Notes: generated by a model not told the origin, from the letters alone. Positions 1-9,902 are shown, counted from the first letter of the stretch. The stretch: DNA of 64,000 nt from an uncultured Candidatus Peribacteria bacterium (GCA_964597665.1 CAZQYX010000002.1:12723-76722); one strand, 5' to 3'. Program-made: numbers and translations.

Positions 1-96
1 TATGAGCTCTTCAAAGGGGAATACGGCGAACACGAAATTATTCTTTCATTTGAAGGTGCAGGTGTTGAGGCATTTGCATTTACGTTCGGAGCGTAG
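1..96 (+). CDS. 3' end of an unidentified CDS entering from upstream (partial)
   Basis: Frame +1 is open from base 1 to TAG at 94-96 (YELFKGEYGEHEIILSFEGAGVEAFAFTFGA*). No family recognised. Confidence 0.3.
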   Translation, partial: YELFKGEYGEHEIILSFEGAGVEAFAFTFGA

Positions 97-98
97 AG

Positions 99-557
99 CT
101 AGGCTGCATTTTGAAGAGCTTTGAATTCCGTTCCAATTGAAATAATTCTTTCTGCACACTTGAAATCCAGCCTTTCATCGGTTTTTTGCATTGTTCTCTG
201 CATTACATCTCTTGTCTGTAGACATAGCCCAGCCCACATATATAGGGTATTTACCTGACCATTATGATCGTGTCGTTTCTCGACTGATCTTTCAATGGTT
301 TTCGATTGGACTGATCTCATCGCAAAGACTAATGCCCACAGCTTTTCACCGCATGTTAAATCAACTTCTCTATTCCTTGCGATTGCGCAAAGTCTCTTGA
401 GCTCAGCAAGCAATCCTTCAGCTTCCTCTAGATTCTTTACTTGCTCACTCCACTCGTCATTAAACCTTGCCACATGCTCATTCTCTTTCGGCTCTTCTGC
501 ATCTTGCTGATGCTCTGCGATTACTACAGCGCTATTCTGTGACTCGTCTAGGCTCAT
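99..557 (-). CDS. hypothetical protein (152 aa, acidic N-terminus)
   Basis: Single long ORF in a relatively AT-rich stretch. No motif recognised. Confidence 0.45.
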   Translation of the reverse strand: MSLDESQNSAVVIAEHQQDAEEPKENEHVARFNDEWSEQVKNLEEAEGLLAELKRLCAIARNREVDLTCGEKLWALVFAMRSVQSKTIERSVEKRHDHNGQVNTLYMWAGLCLQTRDVMQRTMQKTDERLDFKCAERIISIGTEFKALQNAA

Positions 558-636
558 TGAGACTGTATTGTAGTCTCATACTATTGCTAATACAAGTAAA
601 GATTGTATAACACTAATAAATGAGCCTGTATCGCTT

Positions 637-2049
637 CTACACATCGTAATACTTAAAGAACTCACTCGGTGTCGGTCGCTTCCTTTCGTCTGCCACTTCA
701 TCACGTTTCACTGCAATGAAGTCCGTGAGGAAACGCTTTCCAAAGACATCACCTTCGAGGAGGAATGCGTGATCGGACTCGAGTGCATCCAAGGCTTCCG
801 AGAGGTCTTCCGGCGCATGCGGGATTTTCATCAATTTCTCAGGATCCATGTGATAGAGGTTCTCATCGGTTGGCTCTCCCGGTTCTAGCTTTTTTTGTAT
901 GCCATCCAGTCCCGCCATGAGCATCGCTGCGAAGGCGACGTAGGGATTGCATGCGGCATCGGGTGAACGGAATTCGACTCGTTTGGCTTTCGGGCTCTCG
1001 GAGTACATCGGGATTCTGATCGCCGCGGAGCGGTTTCTGGCGGAGTAGATGAAGTTCACTGGAGCCTCGAATCCGGGGACGAGGCGCTTATAACTATTTG
1101 TCGTCGGATTGCAGATGGCGCAGAGTGCTTTCGCATGCTTGAGGATGCCTCCCATGTAGTGCATCGCCGTTGTACTCAGACCCGCGTACTCGCTGCCTGC
1201 AAAGAGCGGCTTTCCGCCCTTCCAGAGACTTTGGTGCGTGTGCATCCCGGAGCCGTTGTCCCCGAAGATTGGCTTTGGCATGAACGTCACCGACTTTCCG
1301 TGCTTCTTCGCCACGTTTCTCGTGATGTACTTGTAGCGCATGAGTTTGTCTGCGATCCGAAGGAGCGTATCGAATTTCATGTCGATCTCCGCTTGTCCGC
1401 CGGTTGCTACTTCGTGGTGGAACGTTTCGATTTCGATGCCGGCCTTCTCCATTTCGGCAACCATCGTTGCGCGAAGATCCTGCTGCGTATCAAAAGGTGA
1501 AGCAGGAAAGTAGCCCTCTTTATGCCTGATTGTGTAGCCGAGATTCGGCGAGTCGCAGCACTGCTTGCCACTGTTCCAGGTTGCTTCTTCGCTATCCACG
1601 CAGTAGTGCGAGGCACCAATACCCGCTTCGTAACTCACGGAATCGAAGATGAAGAACTCGGCTTCCGGACCGAAGTATGCGGTATCCGCAACTCCGCTCT
1701 TCTGTAGGTACTCCATGGCGCGTTTTGCAAGCGTTCTGGGGCTTCTTTCATACAGTTCCTTCTTCATAGGCTCGCGCACATCGCAGAGGAGTGAGAGGGT
1801 AACCCTCTCGGTGAACGGATCGATGATGGCTGTATCAGGGTCCGGAATCAGGAGCATGTCGGATTCCTGAATCTGCTGAAATCCTCTGATGCTGCTGCCA
1901 TCGAAGCCCGCACCGTCTCTCAGGACATCTTCCAGCTGGTGGATCGGCTTGCTGGTGTGATGCAGAGTGCCGGGGACATCCACGAAGGTGAGGTCCATCA
2001 TTTCACATTTCTTTTCCTTCGCCAGCGTGAGGACATCAAGGTCAGTCAT
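637..2049 (-). CDS. glnA: glutamine synthetase, type I
   Basis: 470 aa. Typical GSI length and blocks ([60 protein letters not shown]). Confidence 0.95.
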   Translation of the reverse strand: MTDLDVLTLAKEKKCEMMDLTFVDVPGTLHHTSKPIHQLEDVLRDGAGFDGSSIRGFQQIQESDMLLIPDPDTAIIDPFTERVTLSLLCDVREPMKKELYERSPRTLAKRAMEYLQKSGVADTAYFGPEAEFFIFDSVSYEAGIGASHYCVDSEEATWNSGKQCCDSPNLGYTIRHKEGYFPASPFDTQQDLRATMVAEMEKAGIEIETFHHEVATGGQAEIDMKFDTLLRIADKLMRYKYITRNVAKKHGKSVTFMPKPIFGDNGSGMHTHQSLWKGGKPLFAGSEYAGLSTTAMHYMGGILKHAKALCAICNPTTNSYKRLVPGFEAPVNFIYSARNRSAAIRIPMYSESPKAKRVEFRSPDAACNPYVAFAAMLMAGLDGIQKKLEPGEPTDENLYHMDPEKLMKIPHAPEDLSEALDALESDHAFLLEGDVFGKRFLTDFIAVKRDEVADERKRPTPSEFFKYYDV

Positions 2050-2254
2050 GACGTCACTTTTCTACTTCATGGTGATGCCGCTTTTCAACAGGTAGTTTGG
2101 CGACAATTTTTCGTCTGTTTCTTTTTTGAACAACAGAATGATATCCTCATTTTTTGGCTTCTAAGCAACATTGTAGGATAGAACAATCTTTGAAGAAATC
2201 GTCATCTGTTTCGGTGTTGTTTGAATCGTGAACATCTTGCTATGCTCCGTCCGT

Positions 2255-3070
2255 ATGGCAAAAGACATCATTCATGTATTGCAGGCAGTCGGACTCGACA
2301 GCAAACAATCACAACTCTACGTCGCCGGTTTGCAGCTTGGCACGGCACCGGCGTCGGAGTACGCAAAATCGACGGGAATCAATCGCATTACGACGTACAA
2401 CTTGCTTGAGGAGATGGTGCACCGGAGCTACTTCACGGTGATTAAGAAGATGCGTGCCAAGTGGTACTCGCCGGTTGCTCCGGAGTTCGTGGCTCTGGAA
2501 GCGAGAAAAAATGCGGAAGCGCTGGAGCGTGTTCTCCCGGAACTTCGCTCACTGCAGGGCGCGAAGTATCGAAAGCCCCGCGTACGCTTCTTCGAGGGAT
2601 GGGAAGGCGTGAAGCATGTGTACGAAGACACGCTGACATCGAGCAAGGAACTCCTGAACTTCGCGAACTCGGCAGTCGTGCGAAAATTTTGGCCGCAGTA
2701 CGACGAGGAGTATGTCGATGAGCGCGTGAAGAGAGGCATTCATCTTCGAGGAATTGCACCCGATGACATCGCAGGCAAGCGCGTACACGGTGACGATCGT
2801 GAACATCTGCGAGAAATTCGTCTCGTCCCCGCGTCGGACTTCGATTTTACGAATGAGATCAATATCTACGATCATAAAGTTGCCATCTGTTCTTTCGATT
2901 CGGGACTGCGCGGTGATAAAGATATGTTCGGCGTCATCATCGAGAGCAAGGAGGTAGCCGAGACGCAGCGGCAGATTTTCGAGATGGCGTGGCGTTTTGC
3001 ATCTGCGACAACGCCAAAGCAGAGTACAGAGAAGAAGCCAAGTACATTCAAGCGACGGTTGATTGCGTAA
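2255..3070 (+). CDS. TrmB-family transcriptional regulator
   Basis: N-terminal winged HTH (LQAVGLDSKQSQLYVAGLQLGTAPASEYAKSTGINRITTYNLLEEM) with a TrmB-like C-terminal domain. ATG at 2255 is preferred over the GTG at 2228 used in the ORF track. Confidence 0.8.
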   Translation: MAKDIIHVLQAVGLDSKQSQLYVAGLQLGTAPASEYAKSTGINRITTYNLLEEMVHRSYFTVIKKMRAKWYSPVAPEFVALEARKNAEALERVLPELRSLQGAKYRKPRVRFFEGWEGVKHVYEDTLTSSKELLNFANSAVVRKFWPQYDEEYVDERVKRGIHLRGIAPDDIAGKRVHGDDREHLREIRLVPASDFDFTNEINIYDHKVAICSFDSGLRGDKDMFGVIIESKEVAETQRQIFEMAWRFASATTPKQSTEKKPSTFKRRLIA

Positions 3071-4753
3071 GTGTACGATAGTACACTACCATCATTTTTC
3101 ATGCTGCAATCAGCCACTCAATTCCGGCTTACACCGTGCCAGGAAAAAGCATTGGATATTCTCCAAAGGCAGGGGAATGTGTTTTTAACCGGTGCTGCCG
3201 GAACAGGGAAAAGCTTTCTTCTGGATCACTATTTGCGTGGGAAATCTTCCGAGGATTTTCCAATCGTCGCAAGTACGGGTGCCGCTGCTGTGATTGTGGG
3301 GGGTAGGACATTCCACAGTTTCTTCGGCCTCGGCATCATGGAAGGCGGCCTCGAAGCGACGATTCTGCGTGCAATGCGCAGCAAGAGACTGATGCGACGA
3401 TTGCAGCGCGCATGTTGCGTGATTATCGATGAGATTTCGATGCTTTCAGGTATGACGCTTAGTGCTGCAGAGAATATTGCAAGGGTCGCGAGGGGGAATC
3501 CCGAACCGTGGGGAGGTCTCCGGATCATCGCCGTCGGGGATTTCGCACAGCTTCCACCAATCGCACAAAGCGGTACCGAGAAAGATTGGGCCTTTCTCCA
3601 TCCTGTGTGGCAGGAGAGCAACTTCGAGCCGGCACTCCTGACGACCGTCATGCGAACGCAGGACACAAGTTTTCTCGAGATTCTGAATTTCGTGCGTGAA
3701 GGGATCGTCAATGACCGCGTGCACGCATTTCTGAATGAACGTACGTCAGCGTCGTCCGGCGAAGAAGAGGGAACCCGCTTGTATCCGCATCGGGCGCAGG
3801 CCGAGCAGTACAATTTGCTTCGGCTTCAGGCACTGCCGGAAGCAGTACATACCTTTCCAACGGAGTATGTCGGAGAAGAAAAATATATCGATGCGGCAAA
3901 GCGGGTGATCCCAATCCCCGATACGCTGCTCCTCAAAATCGGTGCACTTATTATGATGCGCAAGAACGATGCCACCGGGGAGTATCGCTACGTGAACGGA
4001 ACGCTCGGACATATTCGGAGTTTCAGCGAGGATGCTCTACATGTTCGCTTGCTTTCGGGTGAAGAGATCGATGTCGTTAGGGACAAATTCACCTGTCTGA
4101 ATGGTGACGGGAATGAAATCGCTGCCGCATGGAATTTCCCCGTCACGCTCGCGTGGGCAACGACGATCCACAAAGCCCAGGGAGCCTCGCTCGATCGAAT
4201 GATTGTCGATTTGCATCAGCTCTGGGAGCCGGGACAGGCGTACGTAGCACTCAGTCGCGTGCGCTCGGGAGCCGGGCTTAGGATAGAGCGCTGGAGTCCT
4301 GCTTCGATTCGCGCAGAGCGCATCGTGACTTCGTTCTATGATGGTCTTAGTGAGCGGGCGTTGAAATACAAGCCTCAGCCGTTTTTTGAGCCTCCAGTTC
4401 CTTCTCCCGAAGAAGAAAAGACGATGAAGAAGCATGCGCTCTCACAGAAAGAACGTCTTACGAGAACGAGACAGCTTCTTGAGGACGGCGCGGGCATTTC
4501 TCTCATCGCGGAGGCGTGTTCTGTGACGCAGAGCACGGTGCTCAATTACATTGAGAAGCTGATCGCACTTGGTAAGGCCCCGAGTCTTACGTACCTGATT
4601 GACGATCTCCCTGAGGTCGATGTCATCAGAGCACTGTATGAAGAACACGGTCTGCAGTTCATGAAACCTGTGTTCGAGGCACTCGAAGGACGCGTGCCGT
4701 ATGATCACCTGAAGCTCGTGCGTATCGTTCTTATTTCTCAATCGCCATCGTGA
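3071..4753 (+). CDS. Pif1/RecD-like SF1 DNA helicase with C-terminal HTH domain
   Basis: Walker A GAAGTGKSF, Walker B CVIIDEISM, and the block WATTIHKAQGASLD...AYVALSRVRS. The C-terminal ~90 aa is HTH-like (SLIAEACSVTQSTVLNYIEKL). The start may be ATG 3101 rather than GTG 3071. Confidence 0.85.
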   Translation: MYDSTLPSFFMLQSATQFRLTPCQEKALDILQRQGNVFLTGAAGTGKSFLLDHYLRGKSSEDFPIVASTGAAAVIVGGRTFHSFFGLGIMEGGLEATILRAMRSKRLMRRLQRACCVIIDEISMLSGMTLSAAENIARVARGNPEPWGGLRIIAVGDFAQLPPIAQSGTEKDWAFLHPVWQESNFEPALLTTVMRTQDTSFLEILNFVREGIVNDRVHAFLNERTSASSGEEEGTRLYPHRAQAEQYNLLRLQALPEAVHTFPTEYVGEEKYIDAAKRVIPIPDTLLLKIGALIMMRKNDATGEYRYVNGTLGHIRSFSEDALHVRLLSGEEIDVVRDKFTCLNGDGNEIAAAWNFPVTLAWATTIHKAQGASLDRMIVDLHQLWEPGQAYVALSRVRSGAGLRIERWSPASIRAERIVTSFYDGLSERALKYKPQPFFEPPVPSPEEEKTMKKHALSQKERLTRTRQLLEDGAGISLIAEACSVTQSTVLNYIEKLIALGKAPSLTYLIDDLPEVDVIRALYEEHGLQFMKPVFEALEGRVPYDHLKLVRIVLISQSPS

Positions 4754-5186
4754 TCGCTGTCTGACCTTCAGCGCTTGCGATCAGAAGAGAGAGCGTGCTC
4801 CCTTCCTTCGTGGCGGAGAAGATGGAGGTTCCACCTGCTTCCATTGCCGTGTCGACCGTCCACCCTCTCGAAGCGAGTTCTGTTTTGTAGTAGGCAGCGG
4901 CAACCGGCATCGTATCCGTTGTCGAGAGCACGACAGCCATTCCCGGTTTTCCTGTTTGAGGATTCACCGTAGCCGAGTACGAGACCGTCGAGCCCGGATA
5001 GGCCGGAGCATCATCCGGCCAACCCTCCGGCAGGCTCTGGCTTCCCATCTTCGCTGTTCCTTCCTCCGTTTCCACTTCCATCGCTCCATCCATCAACACA
5101 TCGACGTCAGCATTGTTTCCGCATCCGGACAGTAGTCCGAGAATAGTCAGCGAAGAGAGGAGCGTTACTACGGATTTTTGTGACAT
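4731..5186 (-). CDS. lipoprotein, function unknown
   Basis: Signal peptide with lipobox (LTILGLLSGC). 151 aa. Confidence 0.6.
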   Translation of the reverse strand: MSQKSVVTLLSSLTILGLLSGCGNNADVDVLMDGAMEVETEEGTAKMGSQSLPEGWPDDAPAYPGSTVSYSATVNPQTGKPGMAVVLSTTDTMPVAAAYYKTELASRGWTVDTAMEAGGTSIFSATKEGSTLSLLIASAEGQTAITMAIEK

Positions 5187-5214
5187 GAGACGAGAGAGAA
5201 AAGTGAGGACGGAA

Positions 5215-5565
5215 TTATCGCTTCTTGAATTGCCAGTACGACAGTGCCCAGATGAGGATCGAGACGAACATGATCCACGGAATGCCGGGCATCGTCATGA
5301 CGACTGCTTGCAGAGCAAGTAGGATGATGAAGAGGTAACCCGCATACGCCCATTCCTTCAGGACACGTGGAACGAAAGGGAAAACGATGGCGATCCCGCC
5401 GAGAATTTTCGCAGTTGCATTGAAGTACATCGTGTAGACGGGGTAGCCAAGCTGTACGAACACTTTTGCGACTTCTTCAGACTGTACGAAGTACATGATT
5501 CCGGAACCGACCATCAGCAGGAGCAGCAGAGTAGTAGGGATCCAGTAGGCGAGAGCTTTTTTCAT
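5215..5565 (-). CDS. DoxX-like membrane protein
   Basis: 116 aa with 3-4 TM helices. Resembles the DoxX_2 family in sequence and sits next to a YceI gene, a common pairing. Confidence 0.6.
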   Translation of the reverse strand: MKKALAYWIPTTLLLLLMVGSGIMYFVQSEEVAKVFVQLGYPVYTMYFNATAKILGGIAIVFPFVPRVLKEWAYAGYLFIILLALQAVVMTMPGIPWIMFVSILIWALSYWQFKKR

Positions 5566-5592
5566 AGAAAGGAAGAGGGAAGCGTGTCCTGA

Positions 5593-6201
5593 TTATTTCA
5601 TGAACACGAGTTTGATGTCCACGGGCACATTTGGCTCCAGAAGTTTACTTCCGTAAGTGTCTTTGCCGATACCGAAGTCCTTCCGCAGAAGTTCGTAGTG
5701 CGCAGTGAGGGCGCTGTCCGTGATCTCTGCAGTGAAGACAATCGATTTCGTTGTGCCCTTGATCGTCAGGTCACCCGTGATCTCGTACCAATTCCCTGCG
5801 GTTCCTACAATGCTCGTCGATGAAAATGTCGCCTTCGGGTGCTTTGTCGTGTCGAAGAACTCCTCGCTTTGCAAATGTCCGTCGAGTCCTTTTGCATCAG
5901 TTTTAACACTGGCGATACTGATTTCGGCGGTGATCTTCGCTTTCTCCAGATCGGCAGGATTCTCCGCATCGAGTGTCAGTGCCGCACCGTACTCATTGAA
6001 TTTTCCCTCATGGTTGACGACGCTGCTTTTTCCGACGAAGGAAATCACACTTTTACTCTTATCGATTCCCCGTACTTGACCACTGAACTCGGTATCCGAC
6101 TTTGGCGCAGGAGCTTTCTCGGTTTCCGAGAGAGAGGACGTCTGGCACGCGCTGAGCGTGAGGACCGTGAGAGCGAAGAGGGTGGCAGAGAGTTTCTTCA
6201 T
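5593..6201 (-). CDS. YceI-family lipoprotein (polyisoprenoid-binding-like)
   Basis: Lipobox LTLSAC. YceI-like blocks (SFVGKSSVVNHEGKF, SVKTDAKGLDGHLQSEEFFDT, GDLTIKGTTK). Start taken at MKKLSA (ATG 6201). Confidence 0.8.
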   Translation of the reverse strand: MKKLSATLFALTVLTLSACQTSSLSETEKAPAPKSDTEFSGQVRGIDKSKSVISFVGKSSVVNHEGKFNEYGAALTLDAENPADLEKAKITAEISIASVKTDAKGLDGHLQSEEFFDTTKHPKATFSSTSIVGTAGNWYEITGDLTIKGTTKSIVFTAEITDSALTAHYELLRKDFGIGKDTYGSKLLEPNVPVDIKLVFMK

Positions 6202-6283
6202 AGTGAATCTTGGGAAAGAAAAGAGGGATCTCATACTACATCCACAGTGTCAAAATTTCCAGCCTCCTGATTTCCAGCAGCGG

Positions 6284-7624
6284 TTATCGTTTTTTCTCTC
6301 GCAAACGAATACAACCCTGGAAGATGAGGAGAGAAACCAGTGCGACAGGCAGGGGGATGAGTGCCGTTTCCGGACTGAGCATACCTAGCACGAAGAGCGG
6401 TACGATACTCAGGAGTGCGAGGAGCAAACTTGCCCCTACGGCGAGGTCGTTCAGTCGTACATAGAAAGAGAGGAGGACTGCTGGAGCAATCGAAATACCG
6501 ATACCCCCGAGCGCGAATCCGATCGTGAGAATATTCTGGTTTACAATACTGATGAGAACGGCGAGCAGAATGACGGTGAGCATGATCATGCGCGTGAAGA
6601 GGCGCATGGAGGCGTCTTTGAAGCGATTTGAATAATTCAGAATATCGCGTGTCACGATCGACGACAGCACGAACGTGAACGTATCCGAGGACGAGAGCGA
6701 GACGGCGTAGAGGAGCACCATCCCAAGCTCCATGAATCCGGGTGGCAGAAGGTAAGAAAAGCCATGGACGAGCGCATTCTCGGGAGCGATCTCCGGAAAA
6801 AATTGTTTCGTAGCAAGCCCCATGATGCCGATGATTGCAGCGAGGAGCGGAATCATGCCCGAGGCAAACGAGAGTCCGCGTCGAAGCGCACGTTCATCTC
6901 TGGAAGCGAAGATGCGTTGCCAGAGGTCCGGTCCGACCATCGAGCTGATGGCTCCGATGATGAAGAAGCTGATCAGGTTGCCGCTCCCGAGTGTGACGGG
7001 ACTAAAGTCTGAGAGCTGAAATGAACTTTGCCCGACGAGAAAGAGGCCTACCGATACGCTCATGACGATCATGATCAGGAACTGGAAGACATCCGTTTTA
7101 ATAACCGCTTTCAGTCCTGCGAGGAAGAGATAGGTGAGGACGATGATGCCTCCGATACTGACCGAGATCTCATAGGAGATCGGGAAAATCGTCGAGAGTA
7201 CTTTTCCGCTGACGATGAGATTGACGACGAGGAGCAGCGAGAACCCGATCACGAGGATCACGGAGAACATGATCCCGCTGCATGGGCCGATCGTTTTAAA
7301 GAAGTACTCGGGGAGTGAGTAGATCCCGCGCTCGTCGGCGGTTTTCTTGATTCTCGGTGCAAATTTCCTGAGCACCAGAAAACCGCAACCGAATCCGACA
7401 AAGAGCCATAAGGCCGAGAGTCCGAACTGGTACACGTAGGCGATATAGATTGCGAGGGTCGCACCGTCGAAGAATCCGGCTGTCATCGTGATCGCGAGCG
7501 GGAGTCCCGCTACCTTTCGGTCGGCAATCATAAACCCTTCCTCTGTCTCATTCTTCGATGCGAACCATCCGATCATGAAGACGACAGCGATATACAGAAC
7601 GAAAAAGAGGATGCTCAGCTGCAT
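6284..7624 (-). CDS. sodium:solute symporter family transporter
   Basis: 446 aa polytopic membrane protein with an SSS-like N-terminus (FMIADRKVAGLPLAITMTAGFFDG). Confidence 0.75.
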   Translation of the reverse strand: MQLSILFFVLYIAVVFMIGWFASKNETEEGFMIADRKVAGLPLAITMTAGFFDGATLAIYIAYVYQFGLSALWLFVGFGCGFLVLRKFAPRIKKTADERGIYSLPEYFFKTIGPCSGIMFSVILVIGFSLLLVVNLIVSGKVLSTIFPISYEISVSIGGIIVLTYLFLAGLKAVIKTDVFQFLIMIVMSVSVGLFLVGQSSFQLSDFSPVTLGSGNLISFFIIGAISSMVGPDLWQRIFASRDERALRRGLSFASGMIPLLAAIIGIMGLATKQFFPEIAPENALVHGFSYLLPPGFMELGMVLLYAVSLSSSDTFTFVLSSIVTRDILNYSNRFKDASMRLFTRMIMLTVILLAVLISIVNQNILTIGFALGGIGISIAPAVLLSFYVRLNDLAVGASLLLALLSIVPLFVLGMLSPETALIPLPVALVSLLIFQGCIRLREKKR

Positions 7625-7649
7625 GATGATGCATTGTACTCGGTACTGT

Positions 7650-8438
7650 TCAAATCTCTACGTTCTTTGCCTGTTTCCAGCAGAGCTCGAAGATCACGAG
7701 GCGGAAGAAGTGCGCAAGGTCCCTATTCTCGATAATCGTGCACGTCAGTTGCCGCTCGGTATACGACATCAGCGCCAAGGAGTCATTCCACGAGAAAATC
7801 CCGGACTGCCAGACATATTGCTGTGGGAGTGTTCGGACCTGGATGCGGTATTCGCGGGACTTCGCAGCTACTTTGTTTGCGAAATCGCAAGGAGGGAAGA
7901 GGAGGCGCGTATGGATTTCTCGCTGTGCACGGCGCTGGAAATACTCTTCCAGATATTTCACGCCTACGAGTTCCGAGAAGAGTGATACATAGGAGAAGAC
8001 GAGGATCTCGCCCCGAGCCGAGAGCGTTTCCTCCAGCATCTTTTTAAATCCGTCCGCACCTTCGTAGAGTTTCACGGTCGGTACGGACTGATCTGTCGAT
8101 TGCAGTGATGTCAGAAGTTGCATGATATGTTCCATGCCTCCGCGTACACGCGTGATTTCACGTTCTTTCTGTGCAAGTAACCGAAGCAAGCTCACCGGTT
8201 CCTCGGCGACGATCAATCGGCGCTTTCCTTTCCGCGACTCGAAGAGGAGACCTTTCTCCAGCATTTGTCCAACGGCACTATGGACCGTCACACGGTTCAT
8301 CCGCATCGTCCGGGCCAATTCTTGTACCGAGCAAGGCCCTAACTGCAGGCACCTCATATAGATGCCCGATTCACGCGCATTCGCTCCAAAGAAGCGGAGT
8401 TGTTCGTGGATGCGTCCGGTATCGGTGCGTGTGAGCAT
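7650..8438 (-). CDS. TrmB-family transcriptional regulator
   Basis: HTH (RESGIYMRCLQLGPCSVQELARTMRMNRVTVHSAVGQMLEKGLL) plus a TrmB C-terminal domain. Paralogous in layout to 2255-3070. Confidence 0.8.
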   Translation of the reverse strand: MLTRTDTGRIHEQLRFFGANARESGIYMRCLQLGPCSVQELARTMRMNRVTVHSAVGQMLEKGLLFESRKGKRRLIVAEEPVSLLRLLAQKEREITRVRGGMEHIMQLLTSLQSTDQSVPTVKLYEGADGFKKMLEETLSARGEILVFSYVSLFSELVGVKYLEEYFQRRAQREIHTRLLFPPCDFANKVAAKSREYRIQVRTLPQQYVWQSGIFSWNDSLALMSYTERQLTCTIIENRDLAHFFRLVIFELCWKQAKNVEI

Positions 8439-8442
8439 AAAT

Positions 8443-8461
8443 GTAGAGTAAAGCTCTACAC
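8443..8461. promoter_or_regulatory. perfect inverted repeat TGTAGAG-N5-CTCTACA abutting the TrmB start codon (candidate operator)
   Basis: Read directly: tgtagag taaag ctctaca, 4 nt upstream of the TrmB ATG (minus strand). It lies in the divergent intergenic region shared with the Cys-rich gene. Confidence 0.3.
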
Positions 8462-8613
8462 AATATTATAATCTTTGATTTTGTTTACTGCAAGAGCAAA
8501 ATGAGCACTCAAAACATTAGAAGATGCATGAAATGTTCTATCGTTTTTGACAAAAAACAGCGTGTGCCTCACACTGCTTCCAGCATCAAATCTCCTTCAC
8601 TGCCCCCAATTAT

Positions 8614-9615
8614 ATGGATTTCGTCCATGAATTTCAACGTCTTCTTTTAAGCAAGCCTCGGTACAACCTGATTCAAAACGGGGCCGAAAACTGTGATTTT
8701 GCGGAAGCCGTACGGTCCAAGAATTGCTACTACTGCTTTGGGATCTTCTACTCGGAAGATGTGTACTACGCACGGTACTCGAGAAAGTGCATCAGCTGCA
8801 GCGGGCTCACGTTCTGCTTAGGTTGCGAGTGGTGCACGGAGTGCGTCGACTGCAACAACTGCTACATGGCAGATTACTGCCAGGATTGTGCAAACTGCAG
8901 AGACTGCCAATTCTGCAAGGACTGCTTCGGCTGCAGCAATTGTTTCGGGTGTGTCGGCCTCTATCAGAAGCAGTACCGAATCTTCAATGAGCAGTGCACG
9001 AAAGAAGAATATGAGAAACGAATGCAGTCCATCGATCTCAAGAGTGGAGAGCAGCGCAGTGCGATTCAGGAGAAGGTGAAGGAGCTTCGAACGAAGGCTC
9101 CAAACCTCGGCTTGTATCAGTTCAGCTGCGAAGATTGCATTGGTAATCATTTGTCCGAATGCAAGAATTGCTACCGCTGTCACGATTCGTTCGCGCTCGA
9201 AGATTGTCTCTTCTGCATCGAAACCAACGGTCATAAAAACTGTTGCGATCTATCGCACTGTTTCGAGTGTGAATGGTCGTATCAGTGCGTCCATTGCCCG
9301 AATTGTCATACATGCGACTTCTGCTTCCATTGTTCGTTCTGCAGTGACTCTGAATTCTGCGCCTTCAGTAAAAACATCAAGAACTGTTTCGGGTGCGTGT
9401 TTTTGGAGAACAAGGAGTACCACATCCTGAATAAGCCCTACTCTGCCGAGGAGTACCCGAAGGAAGTCGAGCGCATCCGTGCCGAGCTTCAGAAATCCGG
9501 CAAGTACAACTTGCTTCCGTTCTTCGCGTCGCCCTACGAGGAGCACCGGCTCAAAAACGAAACCGACAGTGCGATCCAAGCTCTTCCCCCGACTCTTTCC
9601 CCCTCCTCTCTATGA
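8614..9615 (+). CDS. cysteine-ladder protein (about 42 Cys in 333 aa), two internally duplicated modules, function unknown
   Basis: Runs of C-x2-C (CLGCEWCTECVDCNNC...CQDCANCRDCQFCKDCFGCSNCFGCV). Each module ends in NCFGCV.L..K.Y.I.N....EEY.K. No signal peptide. Confidence 0.8.
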   Translation: MDFVHEFQRLLLSKPRYNLIQNGAENCDFAEAVRSKNCYYCFGIFYSEDVYYARYSRKCISCSGLTFCLGCEWCTECVDCNNCYMADYCQDCANCRDCQFCKDCFGCSNCFGCVGLYQKQYRIFNEQCTKEEYEKRMQSIDLKSGEQRSAIQEKVKELRTKAPNLGLYQFSCEDCIGNHLSECKNCYRCHDSFALEDCLFCIETNGHKNCCDLSHCFECEWSYQCVHCPNCHTCDFCFHCSFCSDSEFCAFSKNIKNCFGCVFLENKEYHILNKPYSAEEYPKEVERIRAELQKSGKYNLLPFFASPYEEHRLKNETDSAIQALPPTLSPSSL

Positions 9616-9902
9616 GTACATCCGCTACCGACAATGTCATCATGCTCCAATGCACCAATCCCGAATGCGGGAAGGATTTCATCGTCATCTCGCAGGAAGC
9701 CGCTTTCTATGAGCAGAAGAAATTGCCGCTGCCCGATCACTGTCCGGCGTGTCGCCATCGTCAGCGCATGGCTTTGCGTAGTGAGCGGCAGCTCTATAAG
9801 CGCACGTGTGACAAATGCAAGAAGCAGATGGTCTCGGTCTATCCGCAGGAAGCACCGTACCTCGTCTACTGCACCAATTGTTTCTGGGAGAATATTGAGT
9901 GA
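9612..9902 (+). CDS. zinc-ribbon protein (zf-trcl-like, probable zinc-ribbon domain)
   Basis: CTNPECGKDF...FYEQKKLPLPDHCPACRHRQR then CDKCKK...YCTNCF. Its ATG overlaps the upstream stop (ATGA at 9612-9615). Confidence 0.75.
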   Translation: MSTSATDNVIMLQCTNPECGKDFIVISQEAAFYEQKKLPLPDHCPACRHRQRMALRSERQLYKRTCDKCKKQMVSVYPQEAPYLVYCTNCFWENIE

